DNA of 64,000 nucleotides from Minisyncoccia bacterium (GCA_049287305.1 JBAQFO010000009.1:26259-90258), one strand, 5' to 3'; shown: positions 1 through 10,282, counted from the first letter of the stretch. Made by a program: numbers and translations. Notes: a model not told the origin generated them from the sequence alone.

Positions 1-695
1 AAAGTTTTTCCAAGTATTACCCGTGCGAAATACTAAAAGATGTTTCGGTAGTCTTGGTCCATAGAGATACAGAACTTGTGCAACAATTCGGACCAAAGAT
101 TAAAAAGAAAACTCTGGAAGTCCTAAACAAGAAAGACATAGAAGTAATGCTCGGTAGCGCAGTTAAGGAAGTGGGTCCGGACTATATAATTATAAATGAA
201 AATGAAAAAATACTTTCAGACATGGTAATTTGGACTGCCGGAATCAAGCCGGCAGAAATCATTTTTGACGAACCGATTGCAAAATCCGGAAATGGACGCA
301 TATTGGTGAATGAGTTTTTGCAGCTACCCAGCCACAAAGAAGTTTTCGCACTAGGAGACATCGCGGCGTTTAAAGATAAAAAAACAAATGAATTTCTGCC
401 GGCGCTCGCTCAGGTCGCGGAAAAAGAATCCAAGGTTGTGGCTAAAAATATAAAATTTCTGATAAACAAAAAACCCATAGAAGAATTTTCCTACAGAAGC
501 TCGGGTATTTTGATGTCTTTGGGGCAGTGGATGGCTGTCGGTGAAATATTTAATTTCACCTTTTCGGGACATTTCGCTTGGTGGCTCTGGAGAACTGTTT
601 ATTTGATAAAATTTCTGTCTTGGAGAAAGAAAATAAGAGTCGCGATTGACTGGACAATGAACTTATTTTCTCCGCGCGACATTGCCGAATTATAA
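1..695 (+). CDS. Type II NADH dehydrogenase (NDH-2)-like FAD/NAD(P)-binding oxidoreductase, C-terminal part (N-terminus lies upstream of the window)
   Basis: The frame is open back to nt 3. An FALGDIAA motif and a hydrophobic C-terminal membrane-association segment are typical of the NDH-2 C-terminal half. Confidence 0.55.
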   Translation, partial: SFSKYYPCEILKDVSVVLVHRDTELVQQFGPKIKKKTLEVLNKKDIEVMLGSAVKEVGPDYIIINENEKILSDMVIWTAGIKPAEIIFDEPIAKSGNGRILVNEFLQLPSHKEVFALGDIAAFKDKKTNEFLPALAQVAEKESKVVAKNIKFLINKKPIEEFSYRSSGILMSLGQWMAVGEIFNFTFSGHFAWWLWRTVYLIKFLSWRKKIRVAIDWTMNLFSPRDIAEL

Positions 696-720
696 AGGTA
701 GCGCTGGAGACACGGCATAT

Positions 721-2412
721 TTAATTAACTTTATGGATGTGTTTTTGGTGCAGAACCGGTATGTATAGTTTCTCTATATATTCCTGTAGCATCCGCGAAG
801 TAGAAAATTTTTCAAGAATTAAATTTCTTACTTTCCACATTTTCCCCGCCCACAGAGAATCGACAGGATTTTTCAAATGTTCATAATAAAGAGGGATAAT
901 TTTCTTTTCAACCAAAGAAAAAATCTCTCCCCCTAACTCTTTTTCATTTATAACCCATCCGATATCTGGCGCGCTCACTTCGTAAACCCATCCGTCGCGG
1001 GTGGAAAGCGACAAAACACCATTCAGCCCCGCTTTCATTCCACTCGTCCCGCAGGCTTCAAATCCGACAACGGGAGTATTAAGCCAAATATCCACGCCAG
1101 AGGTCAGAACCCCGGCCAAGTCAGTGCTGTAGTTGGGTATAAAGGCAGCGTTATCTTCTAATTTTTCTTTTATAATTTTTTTTATTTTTGCGTCAAACAA
1201 GCTGTCCTCTTCCCTGGTAGGCCCAGAAAAAATTATCTTTATCGGTACCGGTGAATTTTTTGAGATTTCAAGAAGTTTCTCTATATTATCCAAGAACAAC
1301 AGCGGTTGCTTGTATTCCACTAGCCTCCTGGCCCATCCAAATATAATATCTTTTTCCCCCCAAACTTCTCCAGTTTTTTCTTTAATAAAAGTCAGAAGTT
1401 TTTTTTTATTTTCAAGATGACTATCCCAGATATTTTTAGCCGATGTGTTTGTAATTTTATCCCACCTTGGTATAAACACTCCATTGGTAACATATTCCAT
1501 AGGCTGGTCCGGCCAAACTTTTACAGCTTCTTGTTGATGCACTAGACTTACGGCATTTGACCTGTTTGAAAGCCTGAAAGAGAGAGTTGTCATTGAAAAC
1601 AAGCCAGGGTTTTCACTTATACCAAGATTTGCAATGTCTTTGCCTTCTAACCCTGCCTCCTGCGCGTATTTTTCCATAAAAATAGCGACCTTGTCGGATG
1701 AAAATTGTTCCTGTCCGGCGAGTACCAGTGTATGGTTGGAAAAAAGAATATGTTTTTTTGCGTATTCAAGAGCAGCTTCAAAATTTACCTGCTGATGCTC
1801 CATTTCATGTCGCACCAATTCCAAAGAAAGAAAAGCCGAATGTCCTTCATTTAAGTGATAAACCGAAGCATGATGTCCCATCTTCGCAAGCAGCCTGAAT
1901 CCACCTATACCTAGAAGAATCTCTTGTTTAAGTCTTATATCACGGTTCTCGTCATATAGATTCTCTGTAATTCCTCTATCCCTAGGGTCATTATCCGGAA
2001 TGTCTGTGTCCAGTAAATAAACCCTTGCGTCGTTTTCTTCCCATTGCCACGCTTTTGCTCTTACGGTCCTTCCTTCTATCGGGACTGATATTATTATTTC
2101 CTGACTATTCTTGTCCGTAATAATTTTTAACTTGTGTTTTTCTTCGTGTTTGTCTAGCGTGAGAATGCTCTGAGCTTTCTTATAGAAAAGTCCGACAGCT
2201 ACAAGCGGAAATTTTTGCATGGCCGCCTCCCTTATAAAATCTCCCGCCAAAACTCCCAAGCCTCCTGCGTAAGTAGGCAATGTGCTATCAAGCGCATACT
2301 CTGAGCAAAAATACGCTATCGGATTTTTTAAAAATGCCTCGTATTCCTTACTTTTTTTAAATTCAGGAAACCAATTCTCGCTATCTGTATTTTTCATAAA
2401 GTTATGACCCAC
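721..2412 (-). CDS. glgP: alpha-glucan (glycogen/maltodextrin) phosphorylase, GT35 family
   Basis: GGLGVLAGD motif near the N-terminus and a pyridoxal-phosphate lysine region EACGTSGMKAGLNGVLSLSTRDGW. At 563 aa it matches the short archaeal/Thermotoga-type alpha-glucan phosphorylase. Confidence 0.85.
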   Translation of the reverse strand: MGHNFMKNTDSENWFPEFKKSKEYEAFLKNPIAYFCSEYALDSTLPTYAGGLGVLAGDFIREAAMQKFPLVAVGLFYKKAQSILTLDKHEEKHKLKIITDKNSQEIIISVPIEGRTVRAKAWQWEENDARVYLLDTDIPDNDPRDRGITENLYDENRDIRLKQEILLGIGGFRLLAKMGHHASVYHLNEGHSAFLSLELVRHEMEHQQVNFEAALEYAKKHILFSNHTLVLAGQEQFSSDKVAIFMEKYAQEAGLEGKDIANLGISENPGLFSMTTLSFRLSNRSNAVSLVHQQEAVKVWPDQPMEYVTNGVFIPRWDKITNTSAKNIWDSHLENKKKLLTFIKEKTGEVWGEKDIIFGWARRLVEYKQPLLFLDNIEKLLEISKNSPVPIKIIFSGPTREEDSLFDAKIKKIIKEKLEDNAAFIPNYSTDLAGVLTSGVDIWLNTPVVGFEACGTSGMKAGLNGVLSLSTRDGWVYEVSAPDIGWVINEKELGGEIFSLVEKKIIPLYYEHLKNPVDSLWAGKMWKVRNLILEKFSTSRMLQEYIEKLYIPVLHQKHIHKVN

Positions 2413-3919
2413 GCTGTTCAGGCTGTCCCCCGCGAATTTTATAATATTTTGCTTTATATCTTTCTACTACTTCCTCTACCTCCTTGTGCGGTATTTCCAC
2501 ACGCAGCAGGTCAATAGCGTTCATGGTATCATAAATATCCAATTTATTTTCCAGTTTATACATTGCGTCACGCCAAAGAATGGCTTTCTCGTATTCATGC
2601 CTGTCTACTGCTTCCTTCTCTAGCTTTTTCATCATATCCATGAAAGCAAAATACACACCCTGCTCCCCTCCTCCTTTACCGACTGTTCTGTCTTTAAAGG
2701 GAATGCGCAATATATTTTTCTGTTCCTGCATCATTGACCTTATTTTCCCGGTACGCTGCCAATTAAAGGCTGTAGTGATAATTTTTTCATAATAATCCCT
2801 GCCCTGTTCCAAAGTTTTTTCCCTTACATCCAAAATGTGTCTTAAGGCATCCAGTAGACTGTATGCCCCATATTCTATCATTTCCAGGCTCCACCACGGC
2901 TTAGCAGATGCCCACCAAAAGTGGTCAGAGGCAAGCCCCATATCCATTTTCATTCGCACCATGGGGAAGCGAACCTGGGTTTTATCCATTCCGTAAACTT
3001 CATTTAAAACAAGTTCTGTGAATTGCCATTGCCATTTATGTATTATGTTTTCGGGGTCATTCCACGACAAAAACTGAATCCCGTGCTCAATGTCCTCTTT
3101 ACTGGATGCCCAAGTTGCCTTTGAAGGTTCTATCTCTTTTTTTTCCTTATAATATTTATCAACATCGGATATTTTTATCAATTCAAATTCTTTAGTATCA
3201 AAAATTTCGAAAAGCATCTTCTCCAGCCCTGGACGGTGGTGCCCAAAGGTTTCTGCGTCCATGGCAGTTACGATATAGTTGTCGGTTTTCATCTCATCTG
3301 TCATAGCTTCAAGCAGGGTGTCGCGAGACCTGACAACAGCGCTCATTATCAAATTACTCAATCGTCGGTTGCGAAAAAAGACTTTTAATCCTGTATTTTT
3401 TATTTTGTAAATTTGGCTGTAATCAACCTGCCCCACTTCTCCGCCGCACGAAATTTCATCTAAAATTATCCATTTGAAACCAAGTTTTTCTATTATCTTT
3501 CCCACTCTCTCGTCGTATGCCATTTCAGGCGAGAAAAAACCGTTCGGAGTATAATTTCCCAAAAAATGTTTCAGTGTTTCAGTGTTTAGCACTATCTGCC
3601 TTTCTATTTCCTCTTCGGAAATAAGGGGTAAAAGAGCGTGATATTTAGCTGAACCCGTTATTTCAATGCGACCCTCAGTTACCAGTTTTTTCAAATCGTC
3701 AATTATGTCTGTGTGTCCATATTTGTGCAATAACTCAAAAAGCGCGCCGTTGATATTTACCGACAAGCGCACTTTATCATTTTTTTTTATTCCATCAATA
3801 ATAGGCCGGTAACTTTGTGTGACAATAGCCTGAAGTATGTCCGGTTGCTGATTTGCTGGTTGATAGAAATGTAGGAAATTTGCCCATTTCATATTATAGT
3901 TTAAATTGGTTAATGGCAC
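2402..3919 (-). CDS. Glycoside hydrolase family 57 protein (alpha-amylase / branching-enzyme-like)
   Basis: N-terminal HFYQP ... LSVNINGALFELL signature of GH57; about 500 aa. Confidence 0.7.
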   Translation of the reverse strand: MPLTNLNYNMKWANFLHFYQPANQQPDILQAIVTQSYRPIIDGIKKNDKVRLSVNINGALFELLHKYGHTDIIDDLKKLVTEGRIEITGSAKYHALLPLISEEEIERQIVLNTETLKHFLGNYTPNGFFSPEMAYDERVGKIIEKLGFKWIILDEISCGGEVGQVDYSQIYKIKNTGLKVFFRNRRLSNLIMSAVVRSRDTLLEAMTDEMKTDNYIVTAMDAETFGHHRPGLEKMLFEIFDTKEFELIKISDVDKYYKEKKEIEPSKATWASSKEDIEHGIQFLSWNDPENIIHKWQWQFTELVLNEVYGMDKTQVRFPMVRMKMDMGLASDHFWWASAKPWWSLEMIEYGAYSLLDALRHILDVREKTLEQGRDYYEKIITTAFNWQRTGKIRSMMQEQKNILRIPFKDRTVGKGGGEQGVYFAFMDMMKKLEKEAVDRHEYEKAILWRDAMYKLENKLDIYDTMNAIDLLRVEIPHKEVEEVVERYKAKYYKIRGGQPEQRGS

Positions 3920-5396
3920 GTAAGAAAAGTTTTTCGTATTCCTTAGCTGATTTTTCCCAAGAAAAATTCTCCCTCATGGCCCTTTTTTGTATTTCTTGCC
4001 AAATTTTCGGATACTTATATGTCTCATACGCGCGCATAAACGTGCCCAAAAAGGCGTATTTGTCGTAGTTTTCAAACACAAAACCGGTCCCTTCATTTCC
4101 TTCCGACGTGTTGTCCTTGACACTGTCGGCCAAGCCACCTATTTTTCTCACTATTGGAACCACGCCATAGCGCATGGATTCCATCTGAGTTAGCCCGCAC
4201 GGTTCGAACCGTGAGGGAATAAGTATAGCGTCTGCTCCAGCATAAATAGTGTGCGGTAACAAACTGTCAAAGGAAAGATGTGTAGCTACATTCTTGTGTT
4301 TTTTATCAAGCTCACTGAAAAAACTGACAAAATGCGACTCACCTGTTCCAAGCACCACCAGTTGAAAATCAAAATTTAGAAGCAGCGGTTCAATAGTTTC
4401 AACTATAAGGTTAATACCTTTTTGTTCAGAAAGACGGCAAATAATGCACACAACAAAAGCTTCTTTTTTTTCAGGCAAATTAAATTTTTGCTGAAGTATT
4501 TTTTTATTTTTTATTTTTTCACTCAAATTTTCTTCATTGTATTTGAATTCGACGTAAGGATTTGTTTCCGGATTATAGTTGTCATAATTTATACCGTTTA
4601 AAATTCCAAAAAGCCGGGAGCGTCGCTCTTTCAAGAGCGGGTCAAGCAATTCTCCGTATTCCGGAGTAGTGATTTCCCTAGCATAACTTGGAGAAACAGT
4701 ATTTATTACATCAGCGTATCGTATCCCTCTCCGCATAAAATTCATTTTTAGTAAATGAGGGTCTGTGATAGAAGGAATAGGCGACTGGCCGTCATCGTAA
4801 TCAAGCTCGCTGGTATGTTTATGATCCAACATACCTTGATAGTAAATATTGTGGATAATAAATGTGGACGCAATTTTTGAAATGATGGGGTCTTTAGCAT
4901 ATTCGCATTTCATGTAGTTGGGTATCAGTCCTCCCTGCCAATCATTGGCAACTATAATATCGGGTTTCCATTCAGTAGATGTATGCCTTACGAATTCGAT
5001 AGTGCCTCTGGACAACAGGGCCCAGCGAGCGGGGTCGTCATCATATCCATAAACGCTCCCTCTTTTTTCATAATACTCTTCATTTTCTAAAAAATAATTA
5101 ATAAGCCCGGCTTTGTTTTTATATTTTTTTACATTGCAAATAATGTCTTCACTCCCCGGATTTGGAATCATAAGACCCTCTAAAACTAAGGTCATAGGGA
5201 ATTCGTCTTCATTGATTGAAGCATATTTGGGAGCCATCGTCCTTACGTCGTGTCCCAGCTCTCTGAGCGCTTTAGGCAAAGCATGCAAAACTTCACCCAG
5301 TCCTCCCACCTGCACAAAGGGCGCGATTTCAGAACCTGCAAATAGGATTTTAAGCGGACGTGATTTATTTAGTGAATTATTTAAAAATATTTTCAT
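3894..5396 (-). CDS. glgA: Glycogen/starch synthase (GT5)
   Basis: N-terminal KILFAGSEIAPFVQVGGLGEV motif (KxGGL-type ADP-glucose binding); 500 aa. Confidence 0.85.
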   Translation of the reverse strand: MKIFLNNSLNKSRPLKILFAGSEIAPFVQVGGLGEVLHALPKALRELGHDVRTMAPKYASINEDEFPMTLVLEGLMIPNPGSEDIICNVKKYKNKAGLINYFLENEEYYEKRGSVYGYDDDPARWALLSRGTIEFVRHTSTEWKPDIIVANDWQGGLIPNYMKCEYAKDPIISKIASTFIIHNIYYQGMLDHKHTSELDYDDGQSPIPSITDPHLLKMNFMRRGIRYADVINTVSPSYAREITTPEYGELLDPLLKERRSRLFGILNGINYDNYNPETNPYVEFKYNEENLSEKIKNKKILQQKFNLPEKKEAFVVCIICRLSEQKGINLIVETIEPLLLNFDFQLVVLGTGESHFVSFFSELDKKHKNVATHLSFDSLLPHTIYAGADAILIPSRFEPCGLTQMESMRYGVVPIVRKIGGLADSVKDNTSEGNEGTGFVFENYDKYAFLGTFMRAYETYKYPKIWQEIQKRAMRENFSWEKSAKEYEKLFLRAINQFKL

Positions 5397-5400
5397 AAAA

Positions 5401-5976
5401 TCACGCGTGTTCTATAACAATATCCGGAATGTTTTTATAATTCGGATTTTTAACGAAAAATGGACTGCCATTTCTCTTAACTATAAAGTAAGCAAAACCA
5501 CGTAATTTTTTTACTGGTCCATAATCTGCGTGTTTGGGCCATGCCGCCTCCTTGGCTTTCTCAAGATTAACCGGACTGTTGTCTACGCTTATTAGCCAGG
5601 ATTCTCCGGTGTTAACCATGAGGTGCCCGGCATTTTTTGGTATTTCTATGACGCTTCCAGCTTTTACAAAAACAGCCTTAACATACTCCACTTCATTGTC
5701 TACCAAGCCATTGTTTCCATCGGCCTTTCGCTCTTGCAGGAGAAGTATCCCTTCCCCCGACAATATTTCATAAGTTTCTATAAAATCATCCACGTGGTAG
5801 TGTCCGTAAGTTTTTATATATTCCTCACCCACTAGTCCACTTTGCCAAATAGTGATATTCTTCCGTTCGCTTCCTCCCCTTATCATAAAATAATGAACTG
5901 CCGGTCCGGCAGACGCCGGATCCATCAAAACCTCTGACATTTCTTTATGGGTTCTCTCAGCAAAAATATTATCCAT
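5401..5976 (-). CDS. Cupin-type glucose-6-phosphate isomerase (archaeal cPGI-like)
   Basis: 191 aa cupin with a TYGHYH metal-binding motif and downstream E/H residues. It sits between glgA and phosphohexomutase. Confidence 0.5.
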   Translation of the reverse strand: MDNIFAERTHKEMSEVLMDPASAGPAVHYFMIRGGSERKNITIWQSGLVGEEYIKTYGHYHVDDFIETYEILSGEGILLLQERKADGNNGLVDNEVEYVKAVFVKAGSVIEIPKNAGHLMVNTGESWLISVDNSPVNLEKAKEAAWPKHADYGPVKKLRGFAYFIVKRNGSPFFVKNPNYKNIPDIVIEHA

Positions 5977-6046
5977 ATTGTTTGATCTTTCTACTCTTTA
6001 ATAATAGCATTTATTGGGCCTTTGAGACAATTTACCTAATCCGGAG

Positions 6047-6454
6047 CTAATCCTTTGATTTTTTAATTCTTTCTCTTAAATTACTGCTGCTAAAGTTATG
6101 ATTCCTGCTGTTATAGACAACTTTCATATCCGGCAATCTATCTCTGGAATAATTTGGCTTATTTTCCCAGTCCGCACCCATGAAACGGATATCGGGGTTT
6201 ATTTTCTTTAAAAGATGGTATAAGTCAACTTCATCGCTATAGACCACTATCTCATCCACGTATTTACAGCCCTCCAGGCGTATTTTTCTTTCTTCCAGAG
6301 TTTCTATCGGCTTGTTTTTTTCCGGCCTGTCTACGCTGGGGTCATTTTGTAGACCCACTATTAAATAGTCGCACTGCTCCCTGCATTCTTTCAGCATGAG
6401 AACGTGGCCCGCATGCAATAAATCCATCGCCCCACATGTGAATCCTCTAATCAT
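6047..6454 (-). CDS. Cytidylyltransferase-like nucleotidyltransferase (TagD/RfaE-domain-II-like)
   Basis: N-terminal GxxDxxHxGH (HIGH) motif: FTCGAMDLLHAGHVLML; 135 aa. Confidence 0.6.
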   Translation of the reverse strand: MIRGFTCGAMDLLHAGHVLMLKECREQCDYLIVGLQNDPSVDRPEKNKPIETLEERKIRLEGCKYVDEIVVYSDEVDLYHLLKKINPDIRFMGADWENKPNYSRDRLPDMKVVYNSRNHNFSSSNLRERIKKSKD

Positions 6455-7827
6455 TAGTTTTGTGTTTTTATTAATTCTAAAAGTTCTTTGGTTTTTTGTT
6501 CTACCACGTCTTGTGATATGGCTTCCAAATTAAGACGTAGGAGAGGTTCGGTGTTGGACCCGCGTATGTTTGCTCTCCAATCCGAATATTCTATGGAAAT
6601 TCCATCAATATTGTCAATTTTTGCATCAAAATATTTTTCCTTTATTTTTTCCAAAATCGGCAACGTCAGTTCTCGAGATGGTAAGTTAAAATTGATTTCC
6701 CCTGAAACGGGATATTTGAGAAAATATTCATTGAAAAGCTCCGACACTTTCAACCCTCTCTCTGACACTATCTGGAGGACAAGCAGAAAAGGAACAAGCC
6801 CATTGTCAGTAGAGTAAAAGTCTTTGAAGTAATAATGCCCGCTAGTCTCCGATGCAAAGACAGCCCCTTGCATCAGCATTTCCGGATTAAAATATGCTCT
6901 TCCGGCTTTTATGCTCACAGTCTTGCCTCCAGCAGCTTTAACTTTATCCTCTATCGCCCACTTAAGCCTAAGGTCGTGAACTATCACAGCACCTGGATTT
7001 TTTTTGCAAAAATATTCCGACAAAAATGCACTCAGGTAGTAAGGAGGTATAAATCTGCCAGTTTCGTCAAATATAAAAAAGCGGTCAGCGTCGGCATCCC
7101 AGGCAGCGCCAATATCAACTTTTTCTCTTTTTATCATTGCTTCTGTCTCCTCACGGTTCTCTTTTAAAAGAGGGTCCGGGGCGCCTTTCGGGAAATCGCC
7201 GTTTGGTGTTTCGTTGAGAGCTATTATTTCTACCGGTAATTTCGCTTTCAAAATATTTTGAACCGCTATACCGTTCATTCCGTTAGCCAGCACCTTAAGA
7301 GGCCTGATTTTCCCCAAATCCACGAACGATACACATTTGTCCAAGTAATCATTAAAAATATCTTTTATGAAGATACTTCCCTTAACGAGAGAATTATATT
7401 CGTATCCTGTCCTTACTATATCCCTAATATCATAAATTCCGTTATCCCCCGACACGGGAACAGCGTTTTGCCGGACTAATTTTAATCCATTAAATTCTTT
7501 TGGGTTATGAGAAGCGGAAACAATGATTCCCCCATCGTAACCGTAGTTTGCAACCGCAAAATAAAGCATATCGGAAGTAATAACACCGATATCAATTACA
7601 TCTATCCCGTGATCTATTAATCCATTTTTTACGGCTTCAAACAAGACTGGACCGGATGTGCGCACGTCTCTTCCCAAAACAACTGTTTGTGGGTTTGTAA
7701 ATTTTGCGAACGCTTGCGCAATTTTATAAGTTATCGTGGGATTAATCTGTTCGGGGTAAATGCCCCGTATATCGTAAGCATGAAAAATTATAGGATCAAA
7801 AGTGTTGAAGTCAATTTTTTTTCGCAT
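6454..7827 (-). CDS. Phosphoglucomutase/phosphomannomutase (alpha-D-phosphohexomutase)
   Basis: SASHNP phosphoserine loop, GAWDADADR metal-binding loop and a sugar-binding ETSGH motif. Confidence 0.85.
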   Translation of the reverse strand: MRKKIDFNTFDPIIFHAYDIRGIYPEQINPTITYKIAQAFAKFTNPQTVVLGRDVRTSGPVLFEAVKNGLIDHGIDVIDIGVITSDMLYFAVANYGYDGGIIVSASHNPKEFNGLKLVRQNAVPVSGDNGIYDIRDIVRTGYEYNSLVKGSIFIKDIFNDYLDKCVSFVDLGKIRPLKVLANGMNGIAVQNILKAKLPVEIIALNETPNGDFPKGAPDPLLKENREETEAMIKREKVDIGAAWDADADRFFIFDETGRFIPPYYLSAFLSEYFCKKNPGAVIVHDLRLKWAIEDKVKAAGGKTVSIKAGRAYFNPEMLMQGAVFASETSGHYYFKDFYSTDNGLVPFLLVLQIVSERGLKVSELFNEYFLKYPVSGEINFNLPSRELTLPILEKIKEKYFDAKIDNIDGISIEYSDWRANIRGSNTEPLLRLNLEAISQDVVEQKTKELLELIKTQN

Positions 7828-8079
7828 TTTACTTATTTCAATAAAAATCTTACCTTAAAATAAATCTGAATGTGGGAACTAGGCGAATGTCCAGAAAGAA
7901 TTCTCCAAAATTCATCGCGATTATTGTGGGATTGGAGGCTCCAGGCGCTATTGGGCTTGAGATAGTGGACTTTTGCCATTGTCTGCTCGTGTTCTTGGTA
8001 AATTTGTCAAATCGTCCCCACGGTTTTTCTACTGTAAATGTTTTCATAATTTTCTTTCATTGTATCAAAAAAATCGCGT

Positions 8080-8847
8080 TTATTCAATCCACTCTTTTAT
8101 TATACGTTCTGTATCTTTGGGATTTTTAACCGCCATGGTTTCAAAGCCGGCTTCAAAAACCGAATAGTCGTTGCCGCCCGGGAATAAGCCGTCACCCAGG
8201 AAAAGCACGTCGGATTTTTGCAACCCTGCCTTATTAAGAAACCGCACCAGTCCTACGGCCTTATTGAATCCTTTCGGTAAAATATCAATGCTGGAAGTTC
8301 CATTTATTAGAATGGTAACTTCGGGCAGTTGCGATTCAAGCAAAGCTTTGATTTTTTCTCTTTTCCTTCGGTCAGGATCAAATTTTATTTTTATCTCTAT
8401 CGGAGCTTGCTGCCCGTTCGGAGTAAAAGTTATCTGCGTATCTCTGTCTTCAATAATTTTACCGACGGGGTTCGGCGGAATTTCATATTCCGGAGAACAA
8501 ATGACCTCCTCTAATAATTTGATCGCCCTTGCTTTAGATTCAGATGGAAGCGGTTCTTTGTCTGTCAGAATCCACCCTTTGTTCGCTTCATCGTAGTCAT
8601 ATCTCTGACTGCCACTTGTGGGCAGTAGAGTGAAATTGCGTATGAAGGGCATCATGAATTCATCGTTCAGAAAAGGCGGAAGAAACTGGGTCTTCATTTG
8701 TTCAAAGGTTCCTCCTGCGATAGCTATTACCATTTTTTGCTGAACAAGTTTTTTAATCAAACCCGCCATTGCTTCCGTTATCGGGGTCTTGCTTGCCGTA
8801 AGAGTTCCATCAACATCAAACGCGATGATTTTTTTATCCGGTAGCAT
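8080..8847 (-). CDS. HAD-superfamily hydrolase (Cof / PMM-like)
   Basis: N-terminal FDVDGTLT HAD motif I; a C-terminal GDGLFPGGND motif IV-like sequence. Confidence 0.6.
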   Translation of the reverse strand: MLPDKKIIAFDVDGTLTASKTPITEAMAGLIKKLVQQKMVIAIAGGTFEQMKTQFLPPFLNDEFMMPFIRNFTLLPTSGSQRYDYDEANKGWILTDKEPLPSESKARAIKLLEEVICSPEYEIPPNPVGKIIEDRDTQITFTPNGQQAPIEIKIKFDPDRRKREKIKALLESQLPEVTILINGTSSIDILPKGFNKAVGLVRFLNKAGLQKSDVLFLGDGLFPGGNDYSVFEAGFETMAVKNPKDTERIIKEWIE

Positions 8848-9434
8848 TATTTTTTCTTTTTCTTATGTTTCTTAACAGCCTCCTTCACGAGCAAGGACGA
8901 ACTCTTAACCTTGCCGCCACGTCCGACATTGTAAACCATCTTGATATTGAGTTTTTTATGTATCATCCTTTCTTTGTATAAAGAAGAATCTGGATTGTTC
9001 GCATCTTTTTCGTCGCGATCTCCTCCGTTAGCAAAAATATGCGGTTTTATTTTAATCAAACCCTGACACACGCTCATGTCTTTGGTGTTATGTTTATGGT
9101 CGCTAATTATCACCCTATCCACGGCTTCAAAGGCTTCAATTATTTCCTTCCTTTCACGTTCCGGCATAAAAACATACCCCTTTTTAACCCTAATCCAGTG
9201 GTCGTTGTTAATATATACAACGAGTTCATCTCCCAGTCTTTTTGCTTCGCTAAAGAGGCGAACGTGGCCTATGTGCACAGGGTCAAATCCCCCACTCACC
9301 ATTACTACTTTCTTGGCCTTGCCCATAGGCTTACCCTCGAGCATAGCCCTACGGGCGAGCGGGATGAGGGTTTTTTTGTCTGGAGACTTTTTTCCCATAG
9401 TTACCATAATTATATACTCTTTTACAATAAACAA
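8847..9434 (-). CDS. Cytidylyltransferase-family nucleotidyltransferase (HIGH motif)
   Basis: VVMVSGGFDPVHIGHVRLF motif and a Lys-rich C-terminal tail. The true start may be an internal Met. Confidence 0.55.
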   Translation of the reverse strand: MFIVKEYIIMVTMGKKSPDKKTLIPLARRAMLEGKPMGKAKKVVMVSGGFDPVHIGHVRLFSEAKRLGDELVVYINNDHWIRVKKGYVFMPERERKEIIEAFEAVDRVIISDHKHNTKDMSVCQGLIKIKPHIFANGGDRDEKDANNPDSSLYKERMIHKKLNIKMVYNVGRGGKVKSSSLLVKEAVKKHKKKKK

Positions 9435-9468
9435 AAATGGAGTCTCTCCTCCACTTTTGAACTTTCAC

Positions 9469-10143
9469 TTATTTAAGTAGAAATCTGAGTGTAGAAACCA
9501 CCCGAATTTTCTTGTATTCGGGAGAACCGGGGTCTTTTTCAGTAATGTCAAAAACTCCCTGATTACCTCTGGATATGCCTCCTATGGAAGAGCCGGAGTC
9601 TTTTGCAAACTGCTCCGCTGACTGGCGGGCATTTTTGATAGCTTCACCGAGCATTTCAGGTTTAACGCTGTTTATGTCAGAGAATTCAAATACGACAGAG
9701 TTCTGGTTCATAGCCACGCCTTGCTTTACCAGAAGCAACGTTTCCTTGGAAGCCGCTTTTACGGCATCAACCTTCTTAGTATAAACAGAAAGCTGGGTGT
9801 TGGAGTTGTATCGGAACAATGCGTCTTTGTATGTATCTTGGTATATATTTACCGGAGCCACGTTTATTTCTGATTCTTCAAATCCTTTTTGCACCAGGAA
9901 AGCCTTGATAGCTGTTATGTTTTTCTCAATATCGGCATATAAAGTGTCCACGTTGTTGGATTTTACTTCAAAGTTCAGAGACCATATTGCCGTATCTGCT
10001 TTTACTATTCTTTCCGAAAGGCCTTTTACCTCCACAAACGAACCCTGGTCCGAGAATCCTCTGGCAGCGACAAAAAATAGAACGGCAAAAACCAGCAAGA
10101 CTCCTCCGATAATCCATGCCCAGTTATTTTTTACGTTTTCCAT
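9469..10143 (-). CDS. SIMPL-domain (DUF541-like) secreted/membrane-anchored protein
   Basis: N-terminal TM helix after the Met at 10143. The ORF-track start at 10191 is a TTG, and the upstream portion is better explained by the small basic ORF. Overall SIMPL-like architecture. Confidence 0.5.
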   Translation of the reverse strand: MENVKNNWAWIIGGVLLVFAVLFFVAARGFSDQGSFVEVKGLSERIVKADTAIWSLNFEVKSNNVDTLYADIEKNITAIKAFLVQKGFEESEINVAPVNIYQDTYKDALFRYNSNTQLSVYTKKVDAVKAASKETLLLVKQGVAMNQNSVVFEFSDINSVKPEMLGEAIKNARQSAEQFAKDSGSSIGGISRGNQGVFDITEKDPGSPEYKKIRVVSTLRFLLK

Positions 10144-10150
10144 ATGATTA

Positions 10151-10282
10151 TTATTTAGCGTTCCTGCTTCTTCGGGTAGCCTTTTTAGCAAGCATCGTCC
10201 TCTTTACCGCCAAGCGCTTTTTGGTCTTGTGGGAACGTCTTGATTTCTTCTTTGGACTAAGTGTTGTGCCTCTTTTTGCCAT
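10151..10282 (-). CDS. Small, very basic 43-aa protein, possibly ribosomal protein bL32-like
   Basis: Translation is MAKRGTTLSPKKKSRRSHKTKKRLAVKRTMLAKKATRRSRNAK. The KKKSRRSH segment resembles the bL32 signature (K..S..RRSH). It is not in the ORF track because it is under 60 aa. Confidence 0.35.
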   Translation of the reverse strand: MAKRGTTLSPKKKSRRSHKTKKRLAVKRTMLAKKATRRSRNAK

